64,000 nucleotides of DNA from Amoebidium appalachense (Eukaryota; Protista; Ichthyosporea). Of the stretch, positions 1 to 14,045 are shown piece by piece. The stretch's first letter is position 1, and every line of letters starts with the position of its first letter. The DNA is taken from positions 2,099,527 through 2,163,526 of the forward strand of contig CAVNZM010000017.1 in assembly GCA_963693365.1 (NCBI GenBank), written 5' to 3'. Under the pieces are notes generated by a model. That model did not search any database. It saw only the letters and a program-made list of their open reading frames with translations, and was not told the origin of the DNA. The translations under genes were made by a program, and so were the position numbers.

Positions 1-2096
1 CTCTCTGAAAGCAATTGGTTCTTAGTGATTGGTTTCTATTAGAGATGGATCTGATTTCCGACTGGTCGGAAATCATGTATGGATTGGACTTAGAGGAATT
101 TCAGGTATTTATTCGAAGATCAGAATAAATTCAGTTCAGTCGTGTCTAAACATTGATGTCTGTTGTGTACACTGCTCCGATCGTTCCGTGTTTTGTTGTT
201 GTGTGTGTCTGTGGTGTTTTCACACTGCACCACTGTGTCTCTGCTTACATCCTAAATACTTATAGAATTTAACAGTTCTGAAACGATTATAGGCATGTGC
301 CATGACATGGATGGGGGTGTTCCCCGGCCCTTAGGGCCACGGATGGCCTGGTTTAGGGCGCAGGGCAGGACCACGTCAGCTGGGACAGCCGACCAATAGA
401 ATTCTAATTAGTGTGTAGGATAGATCGTAGGAGGACTTAGGAATGTGATTGTTCGGGCAGAAGCCCTTTTGTAAGTATTGGCAAGGTTTGATAGTGTATG
501 TTGCCAAACGTATTTATATATTTAGATGTAGAAGAAAGGGGGGAGGGAGGGGGGGGGAGGATAGTATGAAATGTAGATTTAGACTCTGCGGTGCCACTAG
601 GGGGAGGGTGAGGGGTGAGACATGGATAAATATATTAGTTGAGTAGATCGACTTAGCTCGTGCAGGCGCACGATAAAAGTAGATCGGAATGTTTGGAATG
701 TGGCATCGTAGGGGGCCAGGTGATGATGATCTTTGAGGGCACGGCCTTGATGGCCTCAGTGGTAACTTAGTGTGATTCCGTACGGATCTAAGTTTGCCCG
801 TCGGAGCCTGGTCTGAATAAACTTTACCGTTTTTCTGTACACGTTCGTTCCTTTTCGTGTGTGTACACTTAGTAGAGTGCCGCGTCTCTAGTACACATAC
901 ATTAGGTTACGACAGTTAGCGTTCACTGTGCAGTGAAGATACCGACGTTTAACTGTTTGGCAACTTAAAGAAGACTTAATCTTATCTGCTTTTTTGAAAC
1001 CAATAGTATATCCATCTCGCTTCCCACCCAACTCAAAGAAGAGTTCATACGTATACACAGTTTCAAGCCCCTTTAAGCGTGCAGTTAGTTAGAGTAGTAT
1101 ACACGCAAGGGCGTAGTACGACAGTGAGACTGAGCCAAGCATGCTTTCCTGACCAGTGTCCTCTACCAGAAATATACCAAATACCATTTGTGCACCCCGC
1201 GCCTACACGGGGTGCAGTGTCATACTTGAACGAACACATGCATAACACTGAAACTCATCCTCGGTTTAACGTCGTACAGGCACAACGGTTGCCAGGGCGC
1301 TTTTTTAAACGAAATATCTTTCCCCTGAAGTGTTTGTCTTTCTGCTGCAGGTAAGATAAGATAACACAATCCTTTAGTGGCCTCTAAGAGCCCCTGACTC
1401 AGTTACTGCAGTTACAAGGCAAAATGTTTATAATAAATACTCTGACCAAAGGGCGCATGTGTACCAGTTTACTCGTGTGTGTCTCAAGGCGTGCACACAA
1501 GCACATATTTGAACGGTACACATTTACTGTGGGTCAGCACACACAGGCAGATTCAAGCAACCCTGGGCCCCTCGTGATCAGCATTCGCGTTCAGTTGAGC
1601 GCAACACGCGCACACAAAGATATGGGTGTGCACATGCACAAGCACGACTATGATGTCAACGCCGTGGTCCCCACACACACACCGTTGACTCTGGCAAGTA
1701 CACCCATATGGGCAGGCCTAGACGACACGCGCTGCCCAATAATAGTACCCACCCAGGCACTGATTCCAGCCACCTGCACCAAGGAAGGGCCTGGTAAGAT
1801 CTTCACAAACTCTTGGCAAGCTCTCTCAACCTGTAAATTCTGTCTCAGGCACGCACTTACTATTTGCTTATGCACGGCTTTACATGTAGTGGTCGTACGG
1901 GTTTTCGGTATTGGTGAGTGGTCATCGAGTTTCTATCGGGCAAACAGGAGAAGAGCTTTGTTTCTTTCAAAAAGAGCTTTGTTTCTTTGCTTTTATGGTA
2001 CAGTGAAACTGTACATACTGTACACACCGTCATGCATGAGAGCAAGAGCGAGGGTGGTGGTGGGGGGGGGGGGGGGGGGGGGGGGGGAGAGAGAGC

Positions 2097-2130
<34 letters not shown>

Positions 2131-3406
2131 AGGAGGAGGGGGGGGGGGAGAGACAAAGAGAGAGTGAGAGAGAGAGAAAGAGAGAGGGAGAGGGAGGGAG
2201 AGAGACAGCGAGAGAGAGAGAGAGGAGGTGGTGGTGGGAGAGAGACAGAGAGAGAGTGAGAGAGAGAGAGAGGAAGAGAGGGGGGAGAGGGAGACAGAGA
2301 GAGAGAGAGAGAGGGCCTACTCGCGCTTTTTACCTTCCATAAAAGGTGCAATATAAACCCCCGCATCGCCTATTGGTCAACTGTCCCAACCATTGCATTA
2401 GTCTGAACCATGTACACGCTTGATCTATTCGCTCCTGTTTTGCGCACAGGTCAAATATTTCAGTATTACGTCACCTTTACATAGTCTGGCCCCCTTTAGA
2501 TCCGTTTCGCCCCATTTCGCGGCCCGGGTACCATATCAGGAGCGGGCAATTTTTGAATTCTCCCTCCCCGGCCCCGCCGGGGAAAATTTGAGGTTTTTGG
2601 ACCTCAAAGAAGTCAAATCCTGCAAAATCCACTACCGGGAGGCCAAAAAGGGTGATTTTACAAAAAAGGAGGGACATACATGAAAAAGAGAAAATGGGCG
2701 AGTTCAGTGGGCTGCCGATAAGTATATTTCGTGCTGGGCCGGTATACATGCTGCCGTGGTTGTTGCTGTAGACGGCAGTATGGCATCGCATGTGTCACGT
2801 GACCTGCACGTGAATGCGACCATGTGCAGGCACTGAGTCTAGGGGGATTTGTATGTGTGTTTTGGAGCACCGACAAGGCAGAGCCAGGGTGAGGGATGTG
2901 TAAACATGGAGTTTAGGGAGATCGTGCTGCTATTGTAACATGTGCACAAAACAGCCACGTGCACCGGCACACTCCGGTGTACAGAACAATAATATGCACA
3001 TGCGTCACTGTAATATCATGTATGCGCATGCCGCACAAGGTTTAGGAGACCACCACAGTATATACTATTTTCTTTTGGTTGATATCCATGTAGGAATGGT
3101 GTGTTGCAGTTGTCATGATCAGCCTGAGGCAGGCACGTGCACTCACTGAATCACTAGAACTCATGAATAAAAAATACATTCGCTAAAAACGGCAAGGTAA
3201 ATTTGGGGCCAAGCTATTATTTCCCCCTTTTAAACGTTTTTTTAGCTCCAAGAACTTCGACGCCAAAATTTCTATATTTGGCCATCGTATATGATAATGA
3301 ACACGTGTACTTAAATTAAAGTAGTTATATAAATATGAGCGGCCCGTTACAAATACAGTGACGAAAAACAGTGACCCACGAGCAGTTTTTCTTTCTATCC
3401 CCCCCC

Positions 3407-3437
<31 letters not shown>

Positions 3438-3642
3438 ACACACACCAGACACACACACCACCACCACGGTGACCACCACCACCACCACCACCACCACTCA
3501 CCCCTTAAAAAAACCACACACATACGTGCACGTGTACACACACACACAGAACACCACCACCACCTCCACTGGACCCCATTTCCTCGTTGTTTTCTTAAGC
3601 CTTCAGACCAGTCCTGCACACTGGAGTTAAACAATTGAATTC

Positions 3643-4760
3643 ACCTAGGCTGACATGCATCCACCCCCGCCTTCCACTTCCCCTCCCCCCCACCCCCTCC
3701 CCCCACCCCCCCCACCCCCACCCCCTCCCCCTCGATGAAGAAGGGCCCCCGTAAGCCTTGGGGGGGGGGGGGGGGGAGGGGGGGGGAGAGGGGGGAAGGG
3801 GGGAGCTCTTGAGCCTCCGGGTAGGGAAGTGGGGTCCGGGGATCCGGAGAGGAGGGGGGGGGGGGGGGGGGGAAGGGGCATATAATATTGGGCCTAGATA
3901 TCATAGTATGGGGCCCCGGGGGAGGGGGAGAGGTGGGGGGGGGGGAGGGGGGAGGATCCACGGGAAAGACCTTTAGGTGCATGTTCTTATTTATACCCCC
4001 TTCGAATCATCCCCCCTCTCCCCCCCCCCCCCCCCCTGAGTGCAGGCCGTGACGTAGCTACGATAACCCTGCAGAAGGCAACAAAAATGTATTAATTACT
4101 AGCACTATACATGTGTTCATAGTGCAGCTTGCACCACGTATATCTCAGCAACTTTAAAGTAGTCACAAAGTTTAGTTATTTTCATTATTTTCATTGCTCT
4201 GAACTCTATACTCTGAAATGATCACCGTGCATGTGCCGCAAGATAACAACCCTATATGTGTGCAGCTGCTGCCTGCAGGTTAGACTCGCTGAAAAGACAA
4301 TTGTCAGTGTGCATCCGACGCTTGCAGCTGCAGCTAGCCTCTGCAACATTAATACTTGCCAAGTGAATGCTCTTACACTTGATCATCATTCACTCAAAAA
4401 ACCGAGGACCGACAGATTAAATATTAATGTCGATCCGAATGATCAGCAAGTGTCTATGCGTACTACTATATATACACACACGTAAAATGCGAAGCTATCA
4501 GTTACAAGGCACACCTGCTGCACTGGCACACATACACATACACACCGGCAGATCGATGCTGTCAAAATTTACTTTCATGTACTTCGTAGGTCCGACACAG
4601 GTGCACATGAACACGTACATATGTACAAGCCGCGCACACACCACACCACACATACACACACACACACACACACTCACACACACACACGCACACACGCACA
4701 CACGCACACACGCACACACGCACGCACGCACGCACACACACACACACACGCACGCACGCG

Positions 4761-4824
<64 letters not shown>

Positions 4825-6919
4825 ACACACACACACACACACACATCACTGGGTGCGCTCGCTGGGGATTAGTTTTTTGGCACGCTGTTGACTTTATCGT
4901 GTGTTTATTATTTGCTATTTATTGCCAGCGGCCAACATTTAAAAATATACTATATACCTAAAAATAGATACTGACTACGGCCAGCAGACATTATACACCT
5001 TCCAGGACACATTAACACCAATAGTCTAACACACCATACTCTCGATCACAAAGAATTCCTAACAAACAGAGAAAAGTGCAAAGGCTCTGTACTATTTATT
5101 ACTCAGATTCTAAATTTTAATTCTTTACAGTAAACTGGAATGAAAGCTAGCCCCCCCCCCCCCCCCCCCCCCTCCCCCCTAACATGACTGTACGAAGAAC
5201 AGGTATAACTTGAAGCACTACAACACATATGAGATCCGTTACATTGTGTACATTCCAATATTAGACACTAGTTTGGCTACTCTGACTACTCTGAGATCCT
5301 GATTGGCTGCCTGCAGACTTGCGGCCACGATTACTTTGCTTTCGATCGTGCCATTGCAGCTGCGTCTCTCCAGCAGGTGGCAACGCCAGGCCCAGCACAG
5401 CAGATGCACGAGAAGGGGGTGGGAACTGCCCACCAGCCGAGGGCTGGCCCACATGGCCCAAGTAAGGATGGGGACCGGCGCGGCAGTAGCCCAGGCATGG
5501 GGAAGGCAGGGCCGGGCTGAGGCGGCATGATGCCCCACGGTGGGGGCCAGCCATGTGGGTGGTGCGGGCCTGGATGGGGTGCAGGGGGCATGTGCGGCAC
5601 ATGGCCCTGCTGCATGTCAAGCGCGGGTGCTGGTGGCATGGCATCCTGATTGGCTGCAACCCAACGTGGGCAGCTCTTGGCCCGATTGGAGCCGGGGCAG
5701 CCCTTGCCCTGGCGGCCACACGTCTTGCAGGTCTTGGGGGCTCTCTGGGGTGGCTGCATAGGAGGGGGCACCGGCAAATCCATCTGCAGGGGCCCCTCAG
5801 GGCCAATGTTGCGATGCTTTTGCCCACTAGCATGGGCAAGGGCCGCTCACGCTGCGCCCCTGCATCGACACCGTCTGGAACAGGGAGGGGTGGCAAGGGG
5901 GCAGGCCGTATGGTTGCTGGCACAGCGTCTGCCCTCTCCTCGCGCATACGCTTGCGGTGATCTGCCAGGCCCTCGTGTGTGGAGCGCTGTGCATGTGCCG
6001 TCTGCCAGGTCTTCCACTTGTCGAAATGCTTCTTGATGTAGGCCGCATCCTTCATGTAGATTCCCCCAGCCACAGAGGCAGCCTTGTTGAAGTCTTGGGC
6101 CAAAGCCTCGAACAGCTGGCCGTTGGGCTTTGCATGTGCCTTGTAGGTGCCCAGGAGCAGCGTGCTGAATAGCTTGCGCTCCTGAGGGGTAAGCACCGGA
6201 AGGAAGGGGATGGCCACATGTTGCTTCTGCGCCAGGAACTGTAGTCGCCCCTCAGTGCAGGGTCCGGCTGTGGTGCACCACGCGCCACCTGGTTGCCCCC
6301 CCCATGGCAGCACCGTCACCCTCCTCGACCTCACAGTCCTCTGGCCCGCCCATCACGCCATTGGCTGCAGGCTCGATGTTATCAGACGGAGGTGGGGGTG
6401 CGGGCACCGCAACTGGCTCCTGCGCCGGGGCATTGGCCACACAGGAGAGCGGGGCAAAGTTGAAGTACTCCTCCGGTAGCTTGTAGCAGCCTACGGGTAC
6501 CCACTGGGGGTCGAGGTGATGGCCGTACAGCATCAGCGCCAGTGCCTCCATGTCGTCAACAATCCAGGGGCTGTAGTGGGGGGCCCCGATGCTGACCCAG
6601 GCGGGCGGTAGTGTGCACGCAGGTTGTGGCGGTGGCGCCTATTGGACATGGTGGCGTCCAGCAGGCGCAGCGACATGCGTGTGGCCCCAAAGTGGGTGGC
6701 CAGGGGGTTGTGCACTGCCCCCTCCACCTCGTTGGTGCCCCGGATGCAGCGGTAGCGCATGAGCCCATCTGCGTCGGCAGTGGTCTCGTAGTAGAGGGGC
6801 AGGCCGGGGGGTCCGACAGACAGCCATTTTGGGCGTGTTCGAGCAGCGACTGTGGGGGCACAAGCAAACATCAGAGAGATGGGTGGGTGGTGGTGGTGGT
6901 AGTGTGTGTGTATGTGTGT

Positions 6920-6950
<31 letters not shown>

Positions 6951-7028
6951 GGGGGGAGGGGTTGCTAAGGAAAAAAACGAGCAGGGAAAGGCAAAAAACA
7001 ACTGGCTAGGCAGCAAGGGCCGTGCGGG

Positions 7029-7084
<56 letters not shown>

Positions 7085-7663
7085 TGTGTGTGTGTATGTT
7101 TGGGGGGGGAGGGGGGGGGGGGGGGGAGGCTAGGGTGTGCGTGTGTGTGCAGATGAACCAAGGATGACAAATAAGCGAAGAATCTTTTCTGTGGTGGTGG
7201 AGTTGTTGGGCGCCTGCAGGGGGAGGGGGGGGGGGGGATGTTGCCTCGAGTCTTTCAAAGCCATCCTTCTTGAACAGAGGCTTGCCATCCGGTCCGGGCG
7301 GCACATCCTTGTAGGTGTTTTTGAACTCCACCAGCCGCGAGACCAGCGTGTATGGGTCGGGAATAACCCGCCGGATGCGCTCCATGAAGTAGCTCAGGTC
7401 GCCGCCCTTGAGCTCGGTTTCAATGTCGATGCCCTTCTGCTCCAGCACCCCCTGTGAGGCAGGATGCCAATATTAATTTACTACGCACACTGCAATTTGG
7501 GTTTGGTAGACTTTGATACCTGCCGTTATTGTAGGACCCCTCCCCCTCCACCCCCCCCCATCTTCTCCCCCAACACAAGTAAAAAATGCATGTGGCTATT
7601 TCCCCCCACAACCCTACATTATTTCTCTCTAGGCATATGAATAACCCCCACTCTCCTCCCCCC

Positions 7664-7699
<36 letters not shown>

Positions 7700-9960
7700 T
7701 TGCCCCCCTCTCTCTGAGGCTCAGGCTCTCTCTCTTCCCTCAGAAGTTTTGTCGAAGGTGTGCATGGTTGTGGGTGGAATGGTGAGTGTGTGCTAACGAG
7801 TGTATGTGTGTGTGCGCGTCAGTCACGCATGTTGTTGTTGCCGTTTTTTTTATTTTTATTTTTTATTTTTTATTTTGGGGGGGGGGGGGGGGGGGGGCAC
7901 CCACATGTCCGTAATCCCTCATTCCACACAAATATTGCCTCGCGAGTGAGCGTGCGTACTCAGCCCTGCGGGGGTGTGACTGTACGTGCCGTCCGCCGTG
8001 TTTGCAATGGAGTGGAAGGCGTCATTCAGCACAGTCTGCCACACCACCTCCCCAGGCGGTGCCTGGCCCAACATGCCCTCTCTGGGAGCTGCCTCGGGTC
8101 CCCCTGGGGCTGCCTCAAGGCCCCCGGGGCTGCCTGGGGGTCCTGGGGGGGTGCCTGTGGGCCGGCAAGGGGTTGCTGCTGCTCGGCAGGGGGAGGACGG
8201 CAGGGGGAGGGGCTGGGTCAGGGACCACCGGCACCTCGGCACCTGGGTCCGGTGGGGGCTGAATGGGCCGTAGCCACTGCAGGTGCACCATCAGCTCAAA
8301 GGGCGGCGGGCCCAGCTCTCCCAGGGTCTTGCCCTTGTCGGGGCCAAAGGGCACCTGCATGGCCGGCGACAGCACCTGATCCACCCGCACCACTGCATGC
8401 TTCTTGCCCACCTTCATGCCCCCCAGCGCTCCGGCTGCACAGCCAGCACCACCCCGGTGGCTGCTGCAGCATGTGGGCCCCGCCGGGGCACAATCTCAAC
8501 CCCTTCACCGAGTGCCTTTGCATGAAGCCGCGCTGCATGTCATAGAGGGAAGCAAAAAACTCAGCCAAAAAGCCACAGCACCAACGTTTTTCTCTTCGCT
8601 CCACAAAAATCAAATGCATATTCCTTAGCAACCCCCTTCCCCCCCCCCCCCTTCTCCCTCCCCCCCCCCCTCTCCCAGTGCCCAGCTTGTGTGGCACTTG
8701 CACGTGTTAACAGTGCTATAGCCCCCCCCCCCCCCCCCCCCCCCCCCCCCCACCACCACCACCACCACCAATCACCCCCTCCTTTGATAGCCACCCGACA
8801 CCCAGCATAACACAACTGGAACACTGGCCCATGTGGTCAGCCACCCCCCCCCCCCCCCCCCCCCTCCTCCCCCTCCCCCTCTCCTCTGGGGGGCCCACAA
8901 TCTTTCTATATCTGGCATAAGCACATAAGCACTGGGGCAAAAAGCAGGTGGGATACACACCTGACAGGTTTGGCCTATCGACCACGGCCGAGTAGACCTG
9001 CAGGGACGCATATGCATCAAGGGCAGCGTAGGTGGCCTGCACCTCTGATAGCGGCTCGTGCCAGTTGGAGCATCGAACAAGTGCCGGCTTGGGCAGCTTC
9101 TTGCCTATGACCTGGGCAGTGATGTCGGCCAAGCCCCGGGCCGCAGAGGTGATAGCTGCACGGGCATAGCAGAACCGGCCCAGCTCCAGATAGCTGGCCA
9201 CAGGGGTGCCGTAGTCCTTGTTGAGGTGGGCCGAGTCCGTGCCGATCTGCTTGCCCACCTTGATGATGCTGGGGTCCCTAAGCAGCGCAATCAGCTCGTC
9301 CACCAGCCGCGCGGGCGGGCGTGGTTGGGGCCCATGCGTGCCAAGGGAAGATGTACACGGCCCGTGCGGGGCAACGCAGCGGCAAACCTGGACCGCGCCG
9401 GCCCACCCGAAGACCCACCGCAGCCAGCCCCACCACGCGGGCGCGCCCCCCAGGCGGCACGAAGGCCGCGAGCCACCACCGCCCCCGGCAGCGGGACACC
9501 GGCAGGGAGGGCCGGCAGCCCAGCCCAGGCAGACCGCCGCACGCACCAGCGCAGCCCGCGACGGACGGGGCAGGCCGGGCAGGGGACACGCCACAAACGC
9601 CCGGCGGCAGCACCGACGAAGAAGGCCGGGCCCGCGAGCGCCGCGGGGCAGAGAGCGCGACACGGCAACCCGGGGCGCAGCCCAAACCGCGCCCGGACCG
9701 GGGCCGCACGGGAGAGGGCACCCGAGCAGCCAGCAGCGCCCCACCACAGCCCCACGAGACCAGGCCCACACAACCCCCCCCCCCCCCCCAAACCCAGGCC
9801 CACAACCCCCCCCCCCCCCAAACCCCCCCCCCCCCCCCAAACCCAGGCCCACAACCCCCAGGCCCCCCCCCCAAACCCCCCCCCCCCCACCCAGACCACC
9901 CCCCCCCCCCCCAACCCGACACACCCCCCCCCGCCCCCCCCACCCAGGCACGCCCCCCAC
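3643..9960 (-). repeat. Near-identical partial duplicate of 9983-~16555 (3' part of the transposase gene plus downstream flank), frameshifted
   Basis: Colinear with the downstream copy at an offset of ~6.3 kb. It differs mainly by small deletions and homopolymer lengths. 9390-10009 contains no T. Confidence 0.92.
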
Positions 9961-11062
9961 AGGGCCCCGCCCCGGCGAGCGGACCAGGCGACCACCACCC
10001 CCGCCCCACTCCCTCCCCCCACCCCCTCCCCCCACCCCCCACCCCCACCCCTCCCCCCGAGAAGAAGGGCCCGAAGCGGGGGGGGGGGGGGGGGGGAAGG
10101 GGAGAGGGGGAGCTCTGAGCCTCGGGTAGGGAAGTGGGGTCGGGGATGGAGAGGGAGGGGGGGGGGGGGGGGGAAGGGGCATATAATATTGGGCCTAGAT
10201 ATCATAGTATGGGGCCCCGGGGGAGGGAGAGGTGGGGGGGGGGGAGGGGGGAGGATCCACGGGAAAGACCTTTAGGTGCATGTTCTTATTTATACCCCCT
10301 TCGAATCATCCCCCTCTCCCCCCCCCCTCCCCCCTGAGTGCAGGCCGTGACGTAGCTACGATAACCCTGCAGAAGGCAACAAAAATGTATTAATTACTAG
10401 CACTATACATGTGTTCATAGTGCAGCTTGCACCACGTATGATCTCAGCAACTTTAAAGTAGTCACAAAGTTTAGTTATTTTCATTATTTTCATTGCTCTG
10501 AACTCTATTACTCTGAAATGATCACCGTGCATGTGCCGCAAGATAACAACCCTATATGTGTGCAGCTGCTGCCTGCAGGTTAGACTCGCTGAAAAGACAA
10601 TTGTCAGTGTGCATCCGACGCTTGCAGCTGCAGCTAGCCTCTGCAACATTAATACTTGCCAAGTGAATGCTCTTACACTTGATCATCATTCACTCAAAAA
10701 ACCGAGGACCGACAGATTAAATATTAATGTCGATCCGAATGATCAGCAAGTGTCTATGCGTACTACTATATATACACACACGTAAAATGCGAAGCTATCA
10801 GTTACAAGGCACACCTGCTGCACTGGCACACATACACATACACACCGGCAGATCGATGCTGTCAAAATTTACTTTCATGTACTTCGTAGGTCCGACACAG
10901 GTGCACATGAACACGTACATATGTACAAGCCGCGCACACACCACACCACACATACACACACACACACACACACTCACACACACACACGCACACACGCACA
11001 CACGCACACACGCACACACGCACGCACGCACGCACACACACACACACACGCACGCACGCGCG

Positions 11063-11149
<87 letters not shown>

Positions 11150-11566
11150 CACTGGGTGCGCTCGCTGGGGATTAGTTTTTTGGCACGCTGTTGACTTTAT
11201 CGTGTGTTTATTATTTGCTATTTATTGGCCAGCGGCCAACATTTAAAAATATACTATATACCTAAAAATAGATACTGACTACGGCCAGCAGACATTATAC
11301 ACCTTCCAGGACACATTAACACCAATAGTCTAACACACCATACTCTCGATCACAAAGAATTCCTAACAAACAGAGAAAAGTGCAAAGGCTCTGTACTATT
11401 TATTACTCAGATTCTAAATTTTAATTCTTTACAGTAAACTTCGGAATGAAAGCTAGCCCCCCCCCCCCCCCCCCCCCTCCCCCCTAACATGACTGTACGA
11501 AGAACAGGTATAACTTGAAGCACTACAACACATATGAGATCCGTTACATTGGTGTACATTCCAATA

Positions 11567-13235
11567 TTAGACACTAGTTTGGCTACTCTGACTACTCTGA
11601 GATCCTGATTGGCTGCCTGCAGACTTGCGGCCACGATTACTTTGCTTTCGATCGTGCCATTGCAGCTGCGTCTCTCCAGCAGGTGGCAACGCCAGGCCCA
11701 GCACAGCAGATGCACGAGAAGGGGGTGGGAACTGCCCACCAGCCGAGGGCTGGCCCACATGGCCCAAGTAAGGATGGGGACCGTGCTGCGGCAGTAGCCC
11801 AGGCATGGGGAAGGCAGGGCCGGGCTGAGGCGGCATGATGCCCCACGGTGGGGGCCAGCCATGTGGGTGGTGCGGGCCTGGATGGGGTGCAGGGGGCATG
11901 TGCGGCACATGGCCCTGCTGCATGTCAAGCGCGGGTGCTGGTGGCATGGCATCCTGATTGGCTGCAACCCAACGTGGGCAGCTCTTGGCCCGATTGGAGC
12001 CGGGGCAGCCCTTGCCCTGGCGGCCACACGTCTTGCAGGTCTTGGGGGCTCTCTGGGGTGGCTGCATAGGAGGGGGCACCGGCAAATCCATCTGCAGGGG
12101 CCCCTCAGGGCCAATGTTGCGATGCTTTTTGCCCACTAGCATGGGCAAGGGCCGCTCACGCTGCGCCCCTGCATCGACACCGTCTGGAACAGGGAGGGGT
12201 GGCAAGGGGGCAGGCCGTATGGTTGCTGGCACAGCGTCTGCCCTCTCCTCGCGCATACGCTTGCGGTGATCTGCCAGGCCCTCGTGTGTGGAGCGCTGTG
12301 CATGTGCCGTCTGCCAGGTCTTCCACTTGTCGAAATGCTTCTTGATGTAGGCCGCATCCTTCATGTAGATTCCCCCAGCCACAGAGGCAGCCTTGTTGAA
12401 GTCTTGGGCCAAAGCCTCGAACAGCTGGCCGTTGGGCTTTGCATGTGCCTTGTAGGTGCCCAGGAGCAGCGTGCTGAATAGCTTGCGCTCCTGAGGGGTA
12501 AGCACCGGAAGGAAGGGGATGGCCACATGTTGCTTCTGCGCCAGGAACTTGTAGTCGCCCCTCAGTGCAGGGTCCGGCTGTGGTGCACCACGCGCCACCT
12601 GGTTGCCCCCCCCCATGGCAGCACCGTCACCCTCCTCGACCTCACAGTCCTCTGGCCCGCCCATCACGCCATTGGCTGCAGGCTCGATGTTATCAGACGG
12701 AGGTGGGGGTGCGGGCACCGCAACTGGCTCCTGCGCCGGGGCATTGGCCACACAGGAGAGCGGGGCAAAGTTGAAGTACTCCTCCGGTAGCTTGTAGCAG
12801 CCTACGGGTACCCACTGGGGGTCGAGGTGATGGCCGTACAGCATCAGCGCCAGTGCCTCCATGTCGTCAACAATCCAGGGGCTGTAGTGGGGGGGCCCCG
12901 ATGCCTGACCCAGGCGGTTGCGGTAGTGTGCACGCAGGTTGTGGCGGTGGCGCCTATTGGACATGGTGGCGTCCAGCAGGCGCAGCGACATGCGTGTGGC
13001 CCCAAAGTGGGTGGCCAGGGGGTTGTGCACTGCCCCCTCCACCTCGTTGGTGCCCCGGATGCAGCGGTAGCGCATGAGCCCATCTGCGTCGGCAGTGGTC
13101 TCGTAGTAGAGGGGCAGGCCGGGGGGGTCCGACAGACAGCCATTTTGGGCGTGTTCGAGCAGCGACTGTGGGGGCACAAGCAAACATCAGAGAGATGGGT
13201 GGGTGGTGGTGGTGGTAGTGTGTGTGTATGTGTGT

Positions 13236-13266
<31 letters not shown>

Positions 13267-13348
13267 GGGGGGGGGATGGGGTTGCTAAGGAAAAAAACGA
13301 GCAGGGAAAGGCAAAAAACAACTGGCTAGGCAGCAAGGGCCGTGCGGG

Positions 13349-13416
<68 letters not shown>

Positions 13417-13420
13417 ATGT

Positions 13421-13455
<35 letters not shown>

Positions 13456-14003
13456 GGCTAGGGTGTGCGTGTGTGTGCAGATGAACCAAGGATGACAAAT
13501 AAGCGAAGAATCTTTTCTGTGGTGGTGGAGTTGTTGGGCGCCTGCAGGGGAGGGGGGGGGGGGGGGGGGGGGGGGGGTTGTTGCCTCGAGTCTTTCAAAG
13601 CCATCCTTCTTGAACAGAGGCTTGCCATCCGGTCCGGGCGGCACATCCTTGTAGGTGTTTTTGAACTCCACCAGCCGCGAGACCAGCGTGTATGGGTCGG
13701 GAATAACCCGCCGGATGCGCTCCATGAAGTAGCTCAGGTCGCCGCCCTTGAGCTCGGTTTCAATGTCGATGCCCTTCTGCTCCAGCACCCCCTGTGAGGC
13801 AGGATGCCAATATTAATTTACTACGCACACTGCAATTTGGGTTTGGTAGACTTTGATACCTGCCGTTATTGTAGGACCCCTCCCCCTCCACCCCCCCATC
13901 TTCTCCCCCAACACAAGTAAAAAATGCATGTGGCTATTTCCCCCCACAACCCTACATTATTTCTCTCTAGGCATATGAATAACCCCCACTCTCCCCTCCC
14001 CCC

Positions 14004-14045
<42 letters not shown>

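Noticed and set aside
290-914. Possible LTR (purine tract ~530-560, AATAAA ~816, end …TTACGACA)
   Set aside because: No second copy, matching TG start, PBS, TSD or retroviral ORF in the window.
2530-2605. Weak similarity to ~19963-20025 (TCAGGAGCGG…CGCCGGGG) as transposon ends
   Set aside because: Short, in direct orientation and patchy; no TSD.
9390-10009. U-deletion RNA editing as the cause of the T-less copy
   Set aside because: The gene is transcribed from the minus strand (it would be A deletion), intron sequence is retained, and scattered small deletions in the same copy point to read error.
8716-10275. Several overlapping 250-490 aa ORFs
   Set aside because: They are open because the T-less stretch cannot form plus-strand stops and lacks A on the minus strand. 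Only the exonuclease portion is real coding sequence.
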